The position numbers and the translations under genes are program-made. Positions 46,531-56,047 of a DNA stretch of 64,000 nucleotides are shown here, piece by piece (position 1 is the first letter of the stretch; each line of letters opens with the position of its first letter). Origin of the DNA: Candidatus Latescibacterota bacterium (GTDB lineage: Bacteria; Latescibacterota; UBA2968; UBA8231); the NCBI GenBank assembly GCA_965261395.1, contig OZ253462.1, positions 6,304,001 through 6,368,000 of the forward strand, given 5' to 3'. Below the pieces are notes generated by a model. That model saw only the letters and a program-made list of their open reading frames with translations. It was not told the DNA's origin and ran no database searches.

Positions 46531-47123
46531 TGTTGAAACTTCTTTTCATACTTTCTTTGATAGCGATTGTCGTTCTTTCTTGCACGGACGACAATCCTAT
46601 CTCAACCCTCTCTTTGCCCGTAGGTGGGTTGTCTGCGGGCAAGGCTCTTTCTACGGATAGTGAAGCGTGTTATTTGATTCAATGGGATTGTGATCCATCT
46701 CTATGGATAGCTCCTGAAGATTCAATTTTCACGATTTTCTATGGTGATAGTTTGCGATTTCAGACGCAAGGAACCTCTGTTCACATAGAGCATTATGTTG
46801 ATTCTAATCGTAAACTAGTTTATTATGCTCACGAAACGGAATCCCCGTATGGTCGATATAAGGCTGCGTTTCGATTTAGTGATGGGCAATGTGGGTTGTG
46901 GAGCGATGCTGTTTTAGATAATTCATTGACTACTCGTATTTATAAAGGCAATGTAAAATTAGTTTATCGAGATTTGCCTGTTCATAAACAATATCAGATT
47001 AAAGAAGGTGAAAAGAGTTGGAAGATAGCTACAATTAAACCGGATGGGACGGTGGTTTCAGTTGACCATAAATATTTGCCTATTAATCGGGATATTGAAG
47101 GAAATTTGATTTTACCGTTTTCA

Positions 47124-48055
47124 GAAGCCGTCTGAAAACTATATTTTTTCTATTTGATCCGTTTGAGCAGCAAGTGGATCATAGCAATCTGGATCAAGGC
47201 TTCGCTATGGTGGGTCAACACCTCATAATCTCGGGCATGTCGGCGAAAATTCATCAACCACGCAAACGTGCGCTCGACGACCCAACGGCGTGGTAACACC
47301 TCAAAGCCGGGGCCTTGTTTGGCGACGACTTCCAAGTCTATTTTGTGCGTCTTTTTTACGTTAGCCACCCACGTTCGGATCGGATCGCCTCGATAGCCGC
47401 CATCGCCCCACAGTTTGCGTAACCGGGCTACGCCGGAGGCCCCCAAGCGGGTCAACACCTGCTTGAGGCCGTCCCGATCCTCTACATCGGCGGCGGTGAC
47501 CACCACCTGTCTAAGCAAGCCCGAGGTGTCGACCAACAGATGACGCTTGCGCCCCTTGACCTTTTTTCCGGCGTCATAACCGGTTGTTTTACCATGGGTT
47601 GCCGTCTTGATCGTCTGACTATCGACTACGCCAGCCGACGGCGTTGGAGCCCGTCCGTTGAGGCGGCGTTCCCGCTGGGTGAGTCGATCCAATACCTGCG
47701 GCCAGACCCCTTGTAGACTCCAGCGACGAAAGTAATCATACACCGTTTTCCACGGTCCAAAACAAGAAGGCAACAAAGCCCAAGGACAACCGGTCTTGGT
47801 CAGATACAAAAGGCCGTTGACGATCTGGCGTCGATCCCGCGGTGGCCGACCCGGACCGTTCGGCTGCCATGTCGAAGCCGGCAGCAACGGTTCGATCCGA
47901 CGCCATTGCACATCGGTTACATCGGTGGCATATTGCCTACTAGGCGTACTCATCATACGAGCCTTTCTGTTCAGATTTTGTCGCGAAACCTGAATATGGC
48001 TCGATGAGTACGCCGATTCAAATACCGGCTACAGCAAGGGTTTTCAGACGGCTTC
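47124..48055 (-). mobile_element. IS5-family (IS1031-like) insertion sequence
   Basis: 16-bp perfect TIR GAAGCCGTCTGAAAAC; 3-bp TSD TCA at 47121-23 and 48056-58. Confidence 0.95.
47150..47956 (-). CDS. IS5-family transposase
   Basis: Y.TDVTD.QW, TGCPW..LP, VDSQT, GYDAGKKVKGRKRH, DGGY, RRWVVERTFAW. Confidence 0.95.
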   Translation of the reverse strand: MMSTPSRQYATDVTDVQWRRIEPLLPASTWQPNGPGRPPRDRRQIVNGLLYLTKTGCPWALLPSCFGPWKTVYDYFRRWSLQGVWPQVLDRLTQRERRLNGRAPTPSAGVVDSQTIKTATHGKTTGYDAGKKVKGRKRHLLVDTSGLLRQVVVTAADVEDRDGLKQVLTRLGASGVARLRKLWGDGGYRGDPIRTWVANVKKTHKIDLEVVAKQGPGFEVLPRRWVVERTFAWLMNFRRHARDYEVLTHHSEALIQIAMIHLLLKRIK

Positions 48056-48698
48056 TCAGAAAATATTTGTAATGATACGGAAATTTCAGATTCAGAGGAT
48101 GTAGTTGATTCAAATACTTCTGTTGAGGCGATTGAAACTTCGACAAAGGAAGTAGATGAAGCGTTGACTGTTCAATTTGAGTTTGTTGAAGATTTGCAAG
48201 AAGAAGAAATTGAAACTGAGTCTGTGGTTGAAACTGAAACTGAAACTGAGTCGATTTCTACGTGTAATGTTAATGATACTTCTGGTAAAATATATGAATT
48301 TTTGTCCCCTGAGCCGTGTAGTGAAAATCTTACCTATGTCAATTCTTTTGAGTGTGTAGTAGGGGTAGGAATCAAAACGTTGTTAAATGGGGATGTTTTT
48401 TTCGATTGTAGAGCATCGGGATTAAAAAATAGCATAGGTGACGGCGACGGCAATAAAGATGTAGGCTGTAAGCCGTCTTGGGGAAGGTACTATAATCAGG
48501 AATTGGGGGAGTGTGTGGAATGTGATATTGGAACACGTTGTATTGGATGCTATGGACTTGACCCTGATAAACCGATATGGTGGGGGTTTGGCCCTGCTCA
48601 CCCAAGGTATTGCAAAGCGGAGTAGAATTAAATGAGTTGGATTAAGAAAAAAACTTTGTTGTTCGTGCTTTCAGCCGTTGGAGAAAGAAGAAAAGCGG

Positions 48699-48785
48699 GT
48701 GAAGTGTATTAGATGTGAGGAAGAAATACACGAAGAATGTGCAACTAAGGTAGGAGAGGACAATTACTGTCAACCTTGTTTGTAA
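48699..48785 (+). CDS. Tiny CxxC...CxxC zinc-finger ORF
   Basis: GTG start; KCIRCEEEIHEECATKVGEDNYCQPCL*; phage-like small ORF at the end of the AT-rich segment. Confidence 0.35.
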   Translation: MKCIRCEEEIHEECATKVGEDNYCQPCL

Positions 48786-48907
48786 GTAGTTCACCTTTTT
48801 TTTGGGTCGGACTTGATCGATTTCGACTTTCCCACAGTCGTCGAAGTCTCGCTGCCGCTCGTATTCGATTTCTTCGCCAAACACCACCGCTAAAGGCTGT
48901 AATAATC

Positions 48908-49657
48908 ATGGCAAACGATTTGGAATTTCTGCAAAAGTTGGACCATCCCGAGGATCGCACGCGCTCGCTCATTGACCTCATCGATGTGCAGACCGTCGAT
49001 TTGGAATTGGCCGCTTTTTTCGCCTCTCATATCTGGCGCGGAGCTTCCTATATCACCGGCTCAGGTCCCGGCGGTATAGGCAAGACCACTACCATGCACG
49101 CGCTGCTCAGTTTTGTCGCGGCCGACCTTCCCTTTGTCACCGCACTGCCAGGAGAAGTATCCTCTATTGGGGGAGCCAAGTCCTGTGTCATCTCCAACGA
49201 ATTGAGCGACCATCCGCCCCCGACCTATCTGTGGGGTGACGACCTGCGCGCTTTCTTTGCCTTAGGCAGAGCCGGTCATACTCTGGTCAGTAATGTCCAC
49301 GCCGATAACCTCGATGAGATCCACCACCAGATCGTCGAAATCAACCAAGTGCCCGCAGCGCAGTTTCGCGCCATCAACTTGCTCGTTTTCATTTGTCTCG
49401 AAGGGGGTAATCCTCCTCAGCGGCGCATCAAGGATACGACCACTCGTCGCATAATCAACAAGATCTACTACAGCGACGGTAAAGAAGAACACCGCCTAAT
49501 CTACGACCCACAGCAGGGCTTGTTAGATCACGCGCCGCGCGATCGCGATAGAGAACGCGAGCAAAACTGTCGCGCTTTCTTAGCAGAAATGGTCGCGGAC
49601 AAGGAGCGCCGTCTCGTCGAGGTGCGCCGTCGCTTTTTACAGTGGAATAAGGCGTGA
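48908..49657 (+). CDS. P-loop NTPase, VirB11/PilB-like ATPase core only
   Basis: GPGGIGKTT Walker A; NELS; GH...S.VHA His box; Y.WG motif. Confidence 0.65.
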   Translation: MANDLEFLQKLDHPEDRTRSLIDLIDVQTVDLELAAFFASHIWRGASYITGSGPGGIGKTTTMHALLSFVAADLPFVTALPGEVSSIGGAKSCVISNELSDHPPPTYLWGDDLRAFFALGRAGHTLVSNVHADNLDEIHHQIVEINQVPAAQFRAINLLVFICLEGGNPPQRRIKDTTTRRIINKIYYSDGKEEHRLIYDPQQGLLDHAPRDRDREREQNCRAFLAEMVADKERRLVEVRRRFLQWNKA

Positions 49658-49718
49658 CTGACATTCCCACGGTGCGAATTACCGTAGTAAAACTTCATCT
49701 AGCAGATAGGAGATAATT

Positions 49719-50618
49719 ATGGAACGAAAAACCGCTGCTGAGTACGATCCGCAACTGCTCAGCCTCTACGATCGCTATGTCCACGGCGACATTGACCGCC
49801 GCCAGTTTCTCGATAATGCTACCCGCTTCGCCATCAGCGGCCTGACGGCTGCCGCGCTGTTGGACAGCCTCACTCCCAACTACGCCTTTGCCCAACAAGT
49901 AGCCGCAGATGACGAACGCATTGTCACCGAGTGCGTGACGTATCCTTCCCCACAGGGACACGAAAAGACGCGCGCAGACCTTGTACGGCCCACGGCTGCA
50001 GAGGAAAGCAAATTACCGGGTGTCCTCGTCATCCACGAAAACAGAGGGCTAAACCCCTATGTCGCAGACGTCGCGCGCCGCGTGGCTACGGCCGGTTTCC
50101 TCGCCTTGGCCCCGGACGCACTGGAGCCGCTGGGCGGTTATCCCGGCACAGACGACGAAGGACGAACATTGCAAAGGCAACTCGACGGGGAGAAAATGAC
50201 GGAAGACTTCATTGCGGCCGCCAAGTATCTCAAAGCGCATCCTGCCTGTAGCGGCCAAGTGGGCGTCGTCGGCTTCTGCTTTGGCGGTGGCATGTCCAAT
50301 ACGCTGGCCGTGCGCATACCAGAGGTAATCTCGGCGGCCGTGCCCTTTTACGGCCGGCAACCAGCGGCTGAAGATGTGCCCAATATCAAGGCGCGGCTGC
50401 TGATTCACTATGCCGAACTGGATGAGAGGATTAATGCCGGTTGGCCGGCGTACGAAGCCGCGCTAAAAGAAGCTGAAATCGACTATGCGATGTACATGTA
50501 TTTAGGCGTCAACCACGGCTTCCACAACGACACCACGCCCCGCTATGACGAAGCCGCCGCCAAACTGGCCTGGGAGCGCACAATCAGTTTTTTCAACGAA
50601 ACGTTGAAAGCTGGATGA
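49719..50618 (+). CDS. Dienelactone hydrolase family protein (YghX-like)
   Basis: [42 protein letters not shown]. Confidence 0.93.
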   Translation: MERKTAAEYDPQLLSLYDRYVHGDIDRRQFLDNATRFAISGLTAAALLDSLTPNYAFAQQVAADDERIVTECVTYPSPQGHEKTRADLVRPTAAEESKLPGVLVIHENRGLNPYVADVARRVATAGFLALAPDALEPLGGYPGTDDEGRTLQRQLDGEKMTEDFIAAAKYLKAHPACSGQVGVVGFCFGGGMSNTLAVRIPEVISAAVPFYGRQPAAEDVPNIKARLLIHYAELDERINAGWPAYEAALKEAEIDYAMYMYLGVNHGFHNDTTPRYDEAAAKLAWERTISFFNETLKAG

Positions 50619-50677
50619 ATTATAACCTTCACACCCATGACTCAAGTGGACATTTAGGATAGGGTAAGAGGCTCTTC

Positions 50678-53140
50678 GTGAAGCACAACACTTCATCTTT
50701 CTTCGCGTTAGTTTTTTCAAGTATTCTAGCGCTATCTCCAGCCGCTGTCTCCGCGGACACCGCACCTGCAGCGCGCAGCACAACAGCGCTGCGAATCGCG
50801 CCACACCACCTCAAGCCGCCCAAGATCGACGGTCGCCTCGACGACGCTGTCTGGCAGCAGGCCCCTTTTGCTTCTGACTTTCTCCAACTGGATCCGGTCG
50901 AGGGCGAAGCGGCCAGCGAAAAGACGACCGTGCAGGTCGCCTACGACGAAGAGGGACTCTACGTCGGCATTCGCTGTTACGACAGCGATCCCGCCGGCAT
51001 TGTATCGCGGCTGACGCGGCGCGACGGCGAGACAGAAGCCGACTGGGTGTCGATCAGTCTCGATCCGCATCTCGACCGCCAGACCGGGCGCTTTTTTACG
51101 GTCTATGCCTCGGGTTCGGTCATCGACGGTATCTATGCCGACGACCGGAACAAGGACGAGACCTGGAACGGCGTGTGGGAGGTAGAAACCGCGATCGATG
51201 CTGAAGGATGGAGCGCCGAGTTGCACATACCCTATTACGTGTTGCGCTTTAGTCCGCAGGACGAATACACATGGGGCCTGAACGTCGAGCGCCATATCAG
51301 CCGCAAACAGGAGCAGACCCATTGGAACCTGATGCGCAAACAAGAACCCGGTCTGGTCTCCCAATTCGGCTATCTAGAGGGCATCCGCGCTATAGACCCA
51401 CCGCTGCATCTGGAGTACATGCCCTATGCTATGGGACGCACGATCGTCGACGGCGGTGCGGATTATTTTGGCAACGCCGGAGTCGATATCCGCTATGGCA
51501 TTACCTCAAGCCTGTCGCTCAATGCCACGGTCAATCCCGACTTCGGCCAAGTTGAGGCCGATCCGGCTCAGCTCAACCTGACGGCTTTCGAGGATTTCTT
51601 TGCAGAGCAACGCCCCTTCTTCGTCGAGGGAGCGTCGATTTTCCAGACGGCCGGCGACTTCGGGGGAGGGCCGAGGCTCCGCACCGGCGATTACGACCTG
51701 TTCTACTCGCGGCGCATTGGCCGTACGCCGGGATATTTCTCCCTGCCCGACGACGCGGTGGAGTGGGACCGGCCAGAGGCCACGACGATCCTAGGGGCGC
51801 TCAAGCTGACGGGCAAGACCGCCGGCAAGACCGCCTTCGGCCTGCTCCAAGCGGTCACCGCACCCGAATACGCCCATATCGGCGCGGCGGCGCGGGAAGA
51901 ATTCCGCGTCGAGCCACTAACCAATTATCTAGTAGGCCGCCTGCGCCAAGACGTACTCGACGGCACTTCGGGCGTAGGGCTTTTCGCCAGTTCGGTGAAT
52001 CGCCGCGACGGGCACAGCGCCTATGTCGGCGCAATGGATTGGGACTTGAAGTTCCGCAGGGACACCTACAATCTCACCGGCACCCTAGCGACCAGCCACG
52101 CCGGCGCGCTGGCCGACCGCAAGAGCGGTTATATCGCCCAAGTCGAGTTCGACAAGCGCGGTGGGTGGGTGGAAACCGAAGCAGGTTTTACCGCGCTGTC
52201 GCCCGACGTAGACATCAACGACCTCGGCTTTTTGCGGCGGGGCGATCTGCTCCAGAGCCAGGGGCAGGTACAGTTTTTCCGCTATACACCGATGGGGTCG
52301 TTTAGGGAATTCGACGTCCGCCTGCAAGGCGGGGCACAGTGGAACTACGACCGCTTGCTGCTAAATCACAGCTACAACCTTTCCAACTGGGGGGATTTAC
52401 GCAACTACTGGCGCGTACACCTGCACTTTGGCCGCGAGCTGGCGGCGATGGACGACGACGATGTGCGGCGCGGCGGGCCGATCATTAAGCGTCTAGCGGA
52501 GGCCTGGGTCCACGCCCGCATCGAGACCGACCCGCGCAAGGCGCTCAGTTTCTACCTGCATCCCGATTGGCGTCGCCACGACAGCGGGCGCTCCTACATG
52601 CGCGGTCTGCGCTCGGGCGTGGAGTGGCGGCCTCTGCCCAGCGTGCAACTCTCGATGGAGCCTCGCTACGAGCACAGGGTCACCGACGCCCAGTGGGTGG
52701 AGGCGATCACTGGGGCCGACGGCATCCACTACGTGTACGGAGAATTGGACAACCGCACCCTCGATTTGACTACGCGCGCCGAACTAAGCTTTGCGCCGGG
52801 TCTGAGCTTAGAACTGTACCTCCAGCCTTTTATTGCCATCGGCAATTTCGGTGAGTTCAAGGAACTAAACGCGCCGCAGAGCTATGATTTCAGCCCCTAT
52901 GTGCTAAACGAGAACCGCGACTTCCACCGGCGCTCGCTCAAGAGCAACCTAGTGCTGCGCTGGGAGTTTTCGCCCGGCAGCGCGCTCTTCGTCGTCTGGT
53001 CGCAATCGCGCAGTGCCAGCCTCGACGATCCGACCTCCGACGATTTGGAATTTCGTCCCTTGAGCCGAGTTGGCAGCAGTTTCTCCGACGATGGAGATAA
53101 TGTGTTGCTCATAAAGGCCAGCTACTGGGTCGGTAGGTGA
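50678..53140 (+). CDS. DUF5916 / CBM9-like outer-membrane protein
   Basis: PKIDGRLDDAVW, WSAELHIP, ATVNPDFGQVEADP, EQRPFFVEG, FYSRRIG, NLVLRWEFSPGS.LFVVW. Confidence 0.88.
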   Translation: MKHNTSSFFALVFSSILALSPAAVSADTAPAARSTTALRIAPHHLKPPKIDGRLDDAVWQQAPFASDFLQLDPVEGEAASEKTTVQVAYDEEGLYVGIRCYDSDPAGIVSRLTRRDGETEADWVSISLDPHLDRQTGRFFTVYASGSVIDGIYADDRNKDETWNGVWEVETAIDAEGWSAELHIPYYVLRFSPQDEYTWGLNVERHISRKQEQTHWNLMRKQEPGLVSQFGYLEGIRAIDPPLHLEYMPYAMGRTIVDGGADYFGNAGVDIRYGITSSLSLNATVNPDFGQVEADPAQLNLTAFEDFFAEQRPFFVEGASIFQTAGDFGGGPRLRTGDYDLFYSRRIGRTPGYFSLPDDAVEWDRPEATTILGALKLTGKTAGKTAFGLLQAVTAPEYAHIGAAAREEFRVEPLTNYLVGRLRQDVLDGTSGVGLFASSVNRRDGHSAYVGAMDWDLKFRRDTYNLTGTLATSHAGALADRKSGYIAQVEFDKRGGWVETEAGFTALSPDVDINDLGFLRRGDLLQSQGQVQFFRYTPMGSFREFDVRLQGGAQWNYDRLLLNHSYNLSNWGDLRNYWRVHLHFGRELAAMDDDDVRRGGPIIKRLAEAWVHARIETDPRKALSFYLHPDWRRHDSGRSYMRGLRSGVEWRPLPSVQLSMEPRYEHRVTDAQWVEAITGADGIHYVYGELDNRTLDLTTRAELSFAPGLSLELYLQPFIAIGNFGEFKELNAPQSYDFSPYVLNENRDFHRRSLKSNLVLRWEFSPGSALFVVWSQSRSASLDDPTSDDLEFRPLSRVGSSFSDDGDNVLLIKASYWVGR

Positions 53141-53188
53141 GAATCGAGAGAGACATTCTATCGCCGCCCCGCGCAAAAGTTTGCAACC

Positions 53189-53650
53189 ATGACTGTCGAT
53201 AGTAAAAGAGACGGTGGAGCCATTTCCTTGCGGCGGGGCATCCTGCTGATCTTTGTCCTAGGAACCGTAGGGCTAGGCACCGAATTGCTGCTACTCGGAC
53301 ATTTTGAAGAATGGCGTCAACAGGTACCCTTGGTATTGTTGGCGCTTGGGTTAATCTTGTTGGCGGCGCGGATGCTCTACCGGGGCGCGATTATCCTGCG
53401 CCTGTTCCGCTTGACTATGCTGGCTTTCGTCTTAGGCGGCATGGTAGGCCTTTGGTTTCATCTTAGTGCCAATATGGAGTTTGAATTGGAGATGTACCCG
53501 ACGCTGAGCGGGTTGAAACTACTGTCTAAGGCGTTGGGCGGCGCTATGCCGGCGTTGGCACCTGGGGCGCTGGTCCAGCTAGGACTGGTTGGGTTCCTTT
53601 ACACGTACCAACACCCGGCGCTGAGCCGAGAGCAAACAAAGGAGCATTAA
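53189..53650 (+). CDS. Hypothetical membrane protein (about 4 TM)
   Basis: Hydrophobic segments; ELLLLGH.E, NMEFELEM.P, PALAPG. Confidence 0.7.
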   Translation: MTVDSKRDGGAISLRRGILLIFVLGTVGLGTELLLLGHFEEWRQQVPLVLLALGLILLAARMLYRGAIILRLFRLTMLAFVLGGMVGLWFHLSANMEFELEMYPTLSGLKLLSKALGGAMPALAPGALVQLGLVGFLYTYQHPALSREQTKEH

Positions 53651-53653
53651 TCA

Positions 53654-54286
53654 ATGCAGCGAGTCATTTTAGCCGTGGTTTTAGCCGTCTGCCTCTATGG
53701 CAGCAGTGCCCAAGGACAGGTGGGTAAAAACGAAACGGTTCTCAATCCCAACCGAGCTGGCACCGAACAACTGTTGACCCTAGCGCAACTCGATTCGGCG
53801 TTGGTCGAGAGGATTGTGGCGCGGCGGCCTTTTATCGGCATGGAAGCGTTCGACGCCTATTTGGATTCGACCTTGGCGGACTCGGTCCAGGCCGAACTGT
53901 ATGTCAAGCTCTTCCTGCCGATCAACCTCAATACCGCCAGCGACGCCGAAATGAAACTGGTGCCGGGAGTAGGCAAGCGCATGGCGCACGAGTTTGACGA
54001 ATACCGACCCTACAAGAGCATGGACCAGTGGCGACGAGAAATCGGCAAATACGTCGATGACGACGAACTGGCGCGACTAGAGCAGTACGTCTTCGTGCCG
54101 CTCGAACTCAATAGGGCCAGCGAGGCAGACTTCCTCACGATCCCAGGGGTTGGCAAGCGCATGGCGCACGAGTTTGACGAATACCGACCCTACAAGAGCA
54201 TGGCCCAATGGCGACGAGAAATCGGTAAATACGTCGATGACGACGAACTGGCGCGACTGGAACGGTATGTGTTTCTTGAGGAATAA
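53654..54286 (+). CDS. Exported helix-hairpin-helix protein (ComEA-like repeats)
   Basis: Signal peptide; three (I/L)N.A..E.L.. units, two with PGVG; last two units form a 180-bp tandem repeat. Confidence 0.75.
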   Translation: MQRVILAVVLAVCLYGSSAQGQVGKNETVLNPNRAGTEQLLTLAQLDSALVERIVARRPFIGMEAFDAYLDSTLADSVQAELYVKLFLPINLNTASDAEMKLVPGVGKRMAHEFDEYRPYKSMDQWRREIGKYVDDDELARLEQYVFVPLELNRASEADFLTIPGVGKRMAHEFDEYRPYKSMAQWRREIGKYVDDDELARLERYVFLEE

Positions 54287-54303
54287 GCCCTAGGCTTCTA
54301 TCC

Positions 54304-54882
54304 ATGACCAAAACCGACCGCAAAAAACAAATCATCGAGCAGGCGGCCCGCCTCTTCGCGTCCAAGCGCTTCGACGAAGTGCTGATGGACGACATCGCCC
54401 AGCAAGCCGGCGTCGGCAAGGGGACGATCTACACGTACTTTGCCGACAAGGAGGGACTCTACTTCGCGGTGGTCTTCGACGGCATCTCCCGCCTCAACGA
54501 GAAGCTCCAATCGCACACCGACCGCCAACAGGATCCCGAAGAGGAACTCCGCCGGATGGTCCACGCCATCGTCTCCTTCTTCAGCCAGAACCGCTTCTTC
54601 TTCCGCCTGATGTCGCAGGAGGACGGCAAGAGCGAGGACGGCAGGGGCGAAAACCGCAAGCGCTGGCGTGAAGAACGGCACATCCAGTTCGCAGCGATCG
54701 AGACGGTCCTGCAAAAAGGTGCTGAAGAGGGTGTCTTCTCCGTCGAACACCCGGAGGTCGAAGCCGCTATCCTCCGCGACATGGTGCGCTCGGTGATGAT
54801 CCACGCGAGGGGCATGGGCGTCGAGGCGATGGTCGATACCATCATGCGGATCTTCCTCCAAGGCGTGCGCAAGATGCCCTGA
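54304..54882 (+). CDS. TetR/AcrR family transcriptional regulator
   Basis: IIEQAARLF...MDDIAQQAGVGKGTIYTYFADKEGL. Confidence 0.95.
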   Translation: MTKTDRKKQIIEQAARLFASKRFDEVLMDDIAQQAGVGKGTIYTYFADKEGLYFAVVFDGISRLNEKLQSHTDRQQDPEEELRRMVHAIVSFFSQNRFFFRLMSQEDGKSEDGRGENRKRWREERHIQFAAIETVLQKGAEEGVFSVEHPEVEAAILRDMVRSVMIHARGMGVEAMVDTIMRIFLQGVRKMP

Positions 54883-54945
54883 GCGACGCTCGCTTATCTA
54901 TGTATATTACCACACAAACGTCTCTCGGCTAAAGGACTTTCTGGT

Positions 54946-55653
54946 ATGGGATTTATCGCAATAGATGATATACGTTCAATGCCCTGTTACAGCTTTCCCG
55001 AAGTTGCTCACTACCTGCGCATTCCCGTGACTACTCTTCGCTCTTGGGTGCGAGGCCGCAAGTATCCTACTAGCGAGGGAGACCAGTTCTTCCAGCCTGT
55101 GATCGAGCTGCCAGACGATAGCCAGAATCTTCTATCCTTTATCAATCTGGTCGAAATTCACGTGCTTGATGCCATTCGCCGCGACCATCGCATATCACTG
55201 CACAAAGTCAGAACTGCTATCGATTTTATCAAAGAAGAGCTAACGTCTGATCACCCTCTCGCATATCACAAGCTCGAAACCGACGGCTTGGACCTTTTTG
55301 TCGAGGAATACGGTCAGCTCATAAATGTTTCTCAGGCTGGGCAACTGGTACTTCGGGACCTGTTGCAGGCGCATCTGCGGCGCATTGATAGGGATTCGGC
55401 TGGTTATGCCCTGAGGCTATACCCTTTCACGCGCAAGCGCCTACAACTTATAGAAGAGCCCAAAGCAATCGTCATTGACCCTCGCATATCTTTTGGTCGC
55501 CCGGTGCTAGCAGGCACTGGGATTCCTACAGCTATTATTGCCGAACGCTACAAGGCTGGGGAGGCAATCGGTGCATTAGCGGACGACTATGGCCGCCCGA
55601 CGCTCGAGATCGAAGAAGCGATCCGCTGTGAGTTATACACCCGAGCAGCCTGA
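54946..55653 (+). CDS. DUF433-containing antitoxin (VapB45-like, N-terminal HTH)
   Basis: Y...EVAHYL.IP.TTLRSW, LSFINLVE, IVIDPRISFGRPVL.GTGIPT, IEEAIR.E. Confidence 0.88.
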   Translation: MGFIAIDDIRSMPCYSFPEVAHYLRIPVTTLRSWVRGRKYPTSEGDQFFQPVIELPDDSQNLLSFINLVEIHVLDAIRRDHRISLHKVRTAIDFIKEELTSDHPLAYHKLETDGLDLFVEEYGQLINVSQAGQLVLRDLLQAHLRRIDRDSAGYALRLYPFTRKRLQLIEEPKAIVIDPRISFGRPVLAGTGIPTAIIAERYKAGEAIGALADDYGRPTLEIEEAIRCELYTRAA

Positions 55654-55750
55654 TCCACTTGTTTTCTTTATCGACCGTTCTCTAGGGAAGAAGACGATTG
55701 CCGATGCCCTCAAGCAAGAGGGCGCTATAATCTTGGGGATCACCCCTTAG
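55628..55750 (+). pseudogene. Truncated PIN-like (VapC45-type) toxin
   Basis: Overlapping frame MSYTPEQPDPLVFFIDRSLGKKTIADALKQEGA..., stops after 40 aa. Confidence 0.7.
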
Positions 55751-56047
55751 ACGGCCTGCGTCCCGACATCTAAGCCGCGTTTTAACCTAGACCACTGCCC
55801 GCAGCCAAAACTTGACGGGACCTGTTGTCCCTTCTGCCTTCTCCGTGCCGACATCAACCGCGCAATAGTCGTCACCCTCGGTGGCCATTGCGCCCCTAGG
55901 GAGTACCGAAAAGCGGGTTGAACGGAGCGGAATACGCCCACTTGCAAAGATTCCGAGCCTAGAATACGATGAAATCAAGACCTTTCACGGCTCCGTACTG
56001 TGCAGTGCGGGACCTGATCTCTAACCCTACACTAGGAGGAATTCCTT

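Larger units (their letters stand above)
46530..48625 (+). pseudogene. Cys-rich lipoprotein (386 aa rebuilt) interrupted by IS5
   Basis: IVVLSC lipobox; removing 47124..48055 plus TCA restores ...LILPFS|ENICNDTE...; acidic ETETET linker and Cys-rich C-terminus. Confidence 0.75.

Noticed and set aside
54298-54861. 187-aa minus-strand ORF
   Set aside because: Antisense shadow of the TetR gene.
55750-56040. Possible ncRNA or riboswitch upstream of the LRR gene
   Set aside because: No recognisable conserved motif or convincing long stem by eye; would need an Rfam scan.
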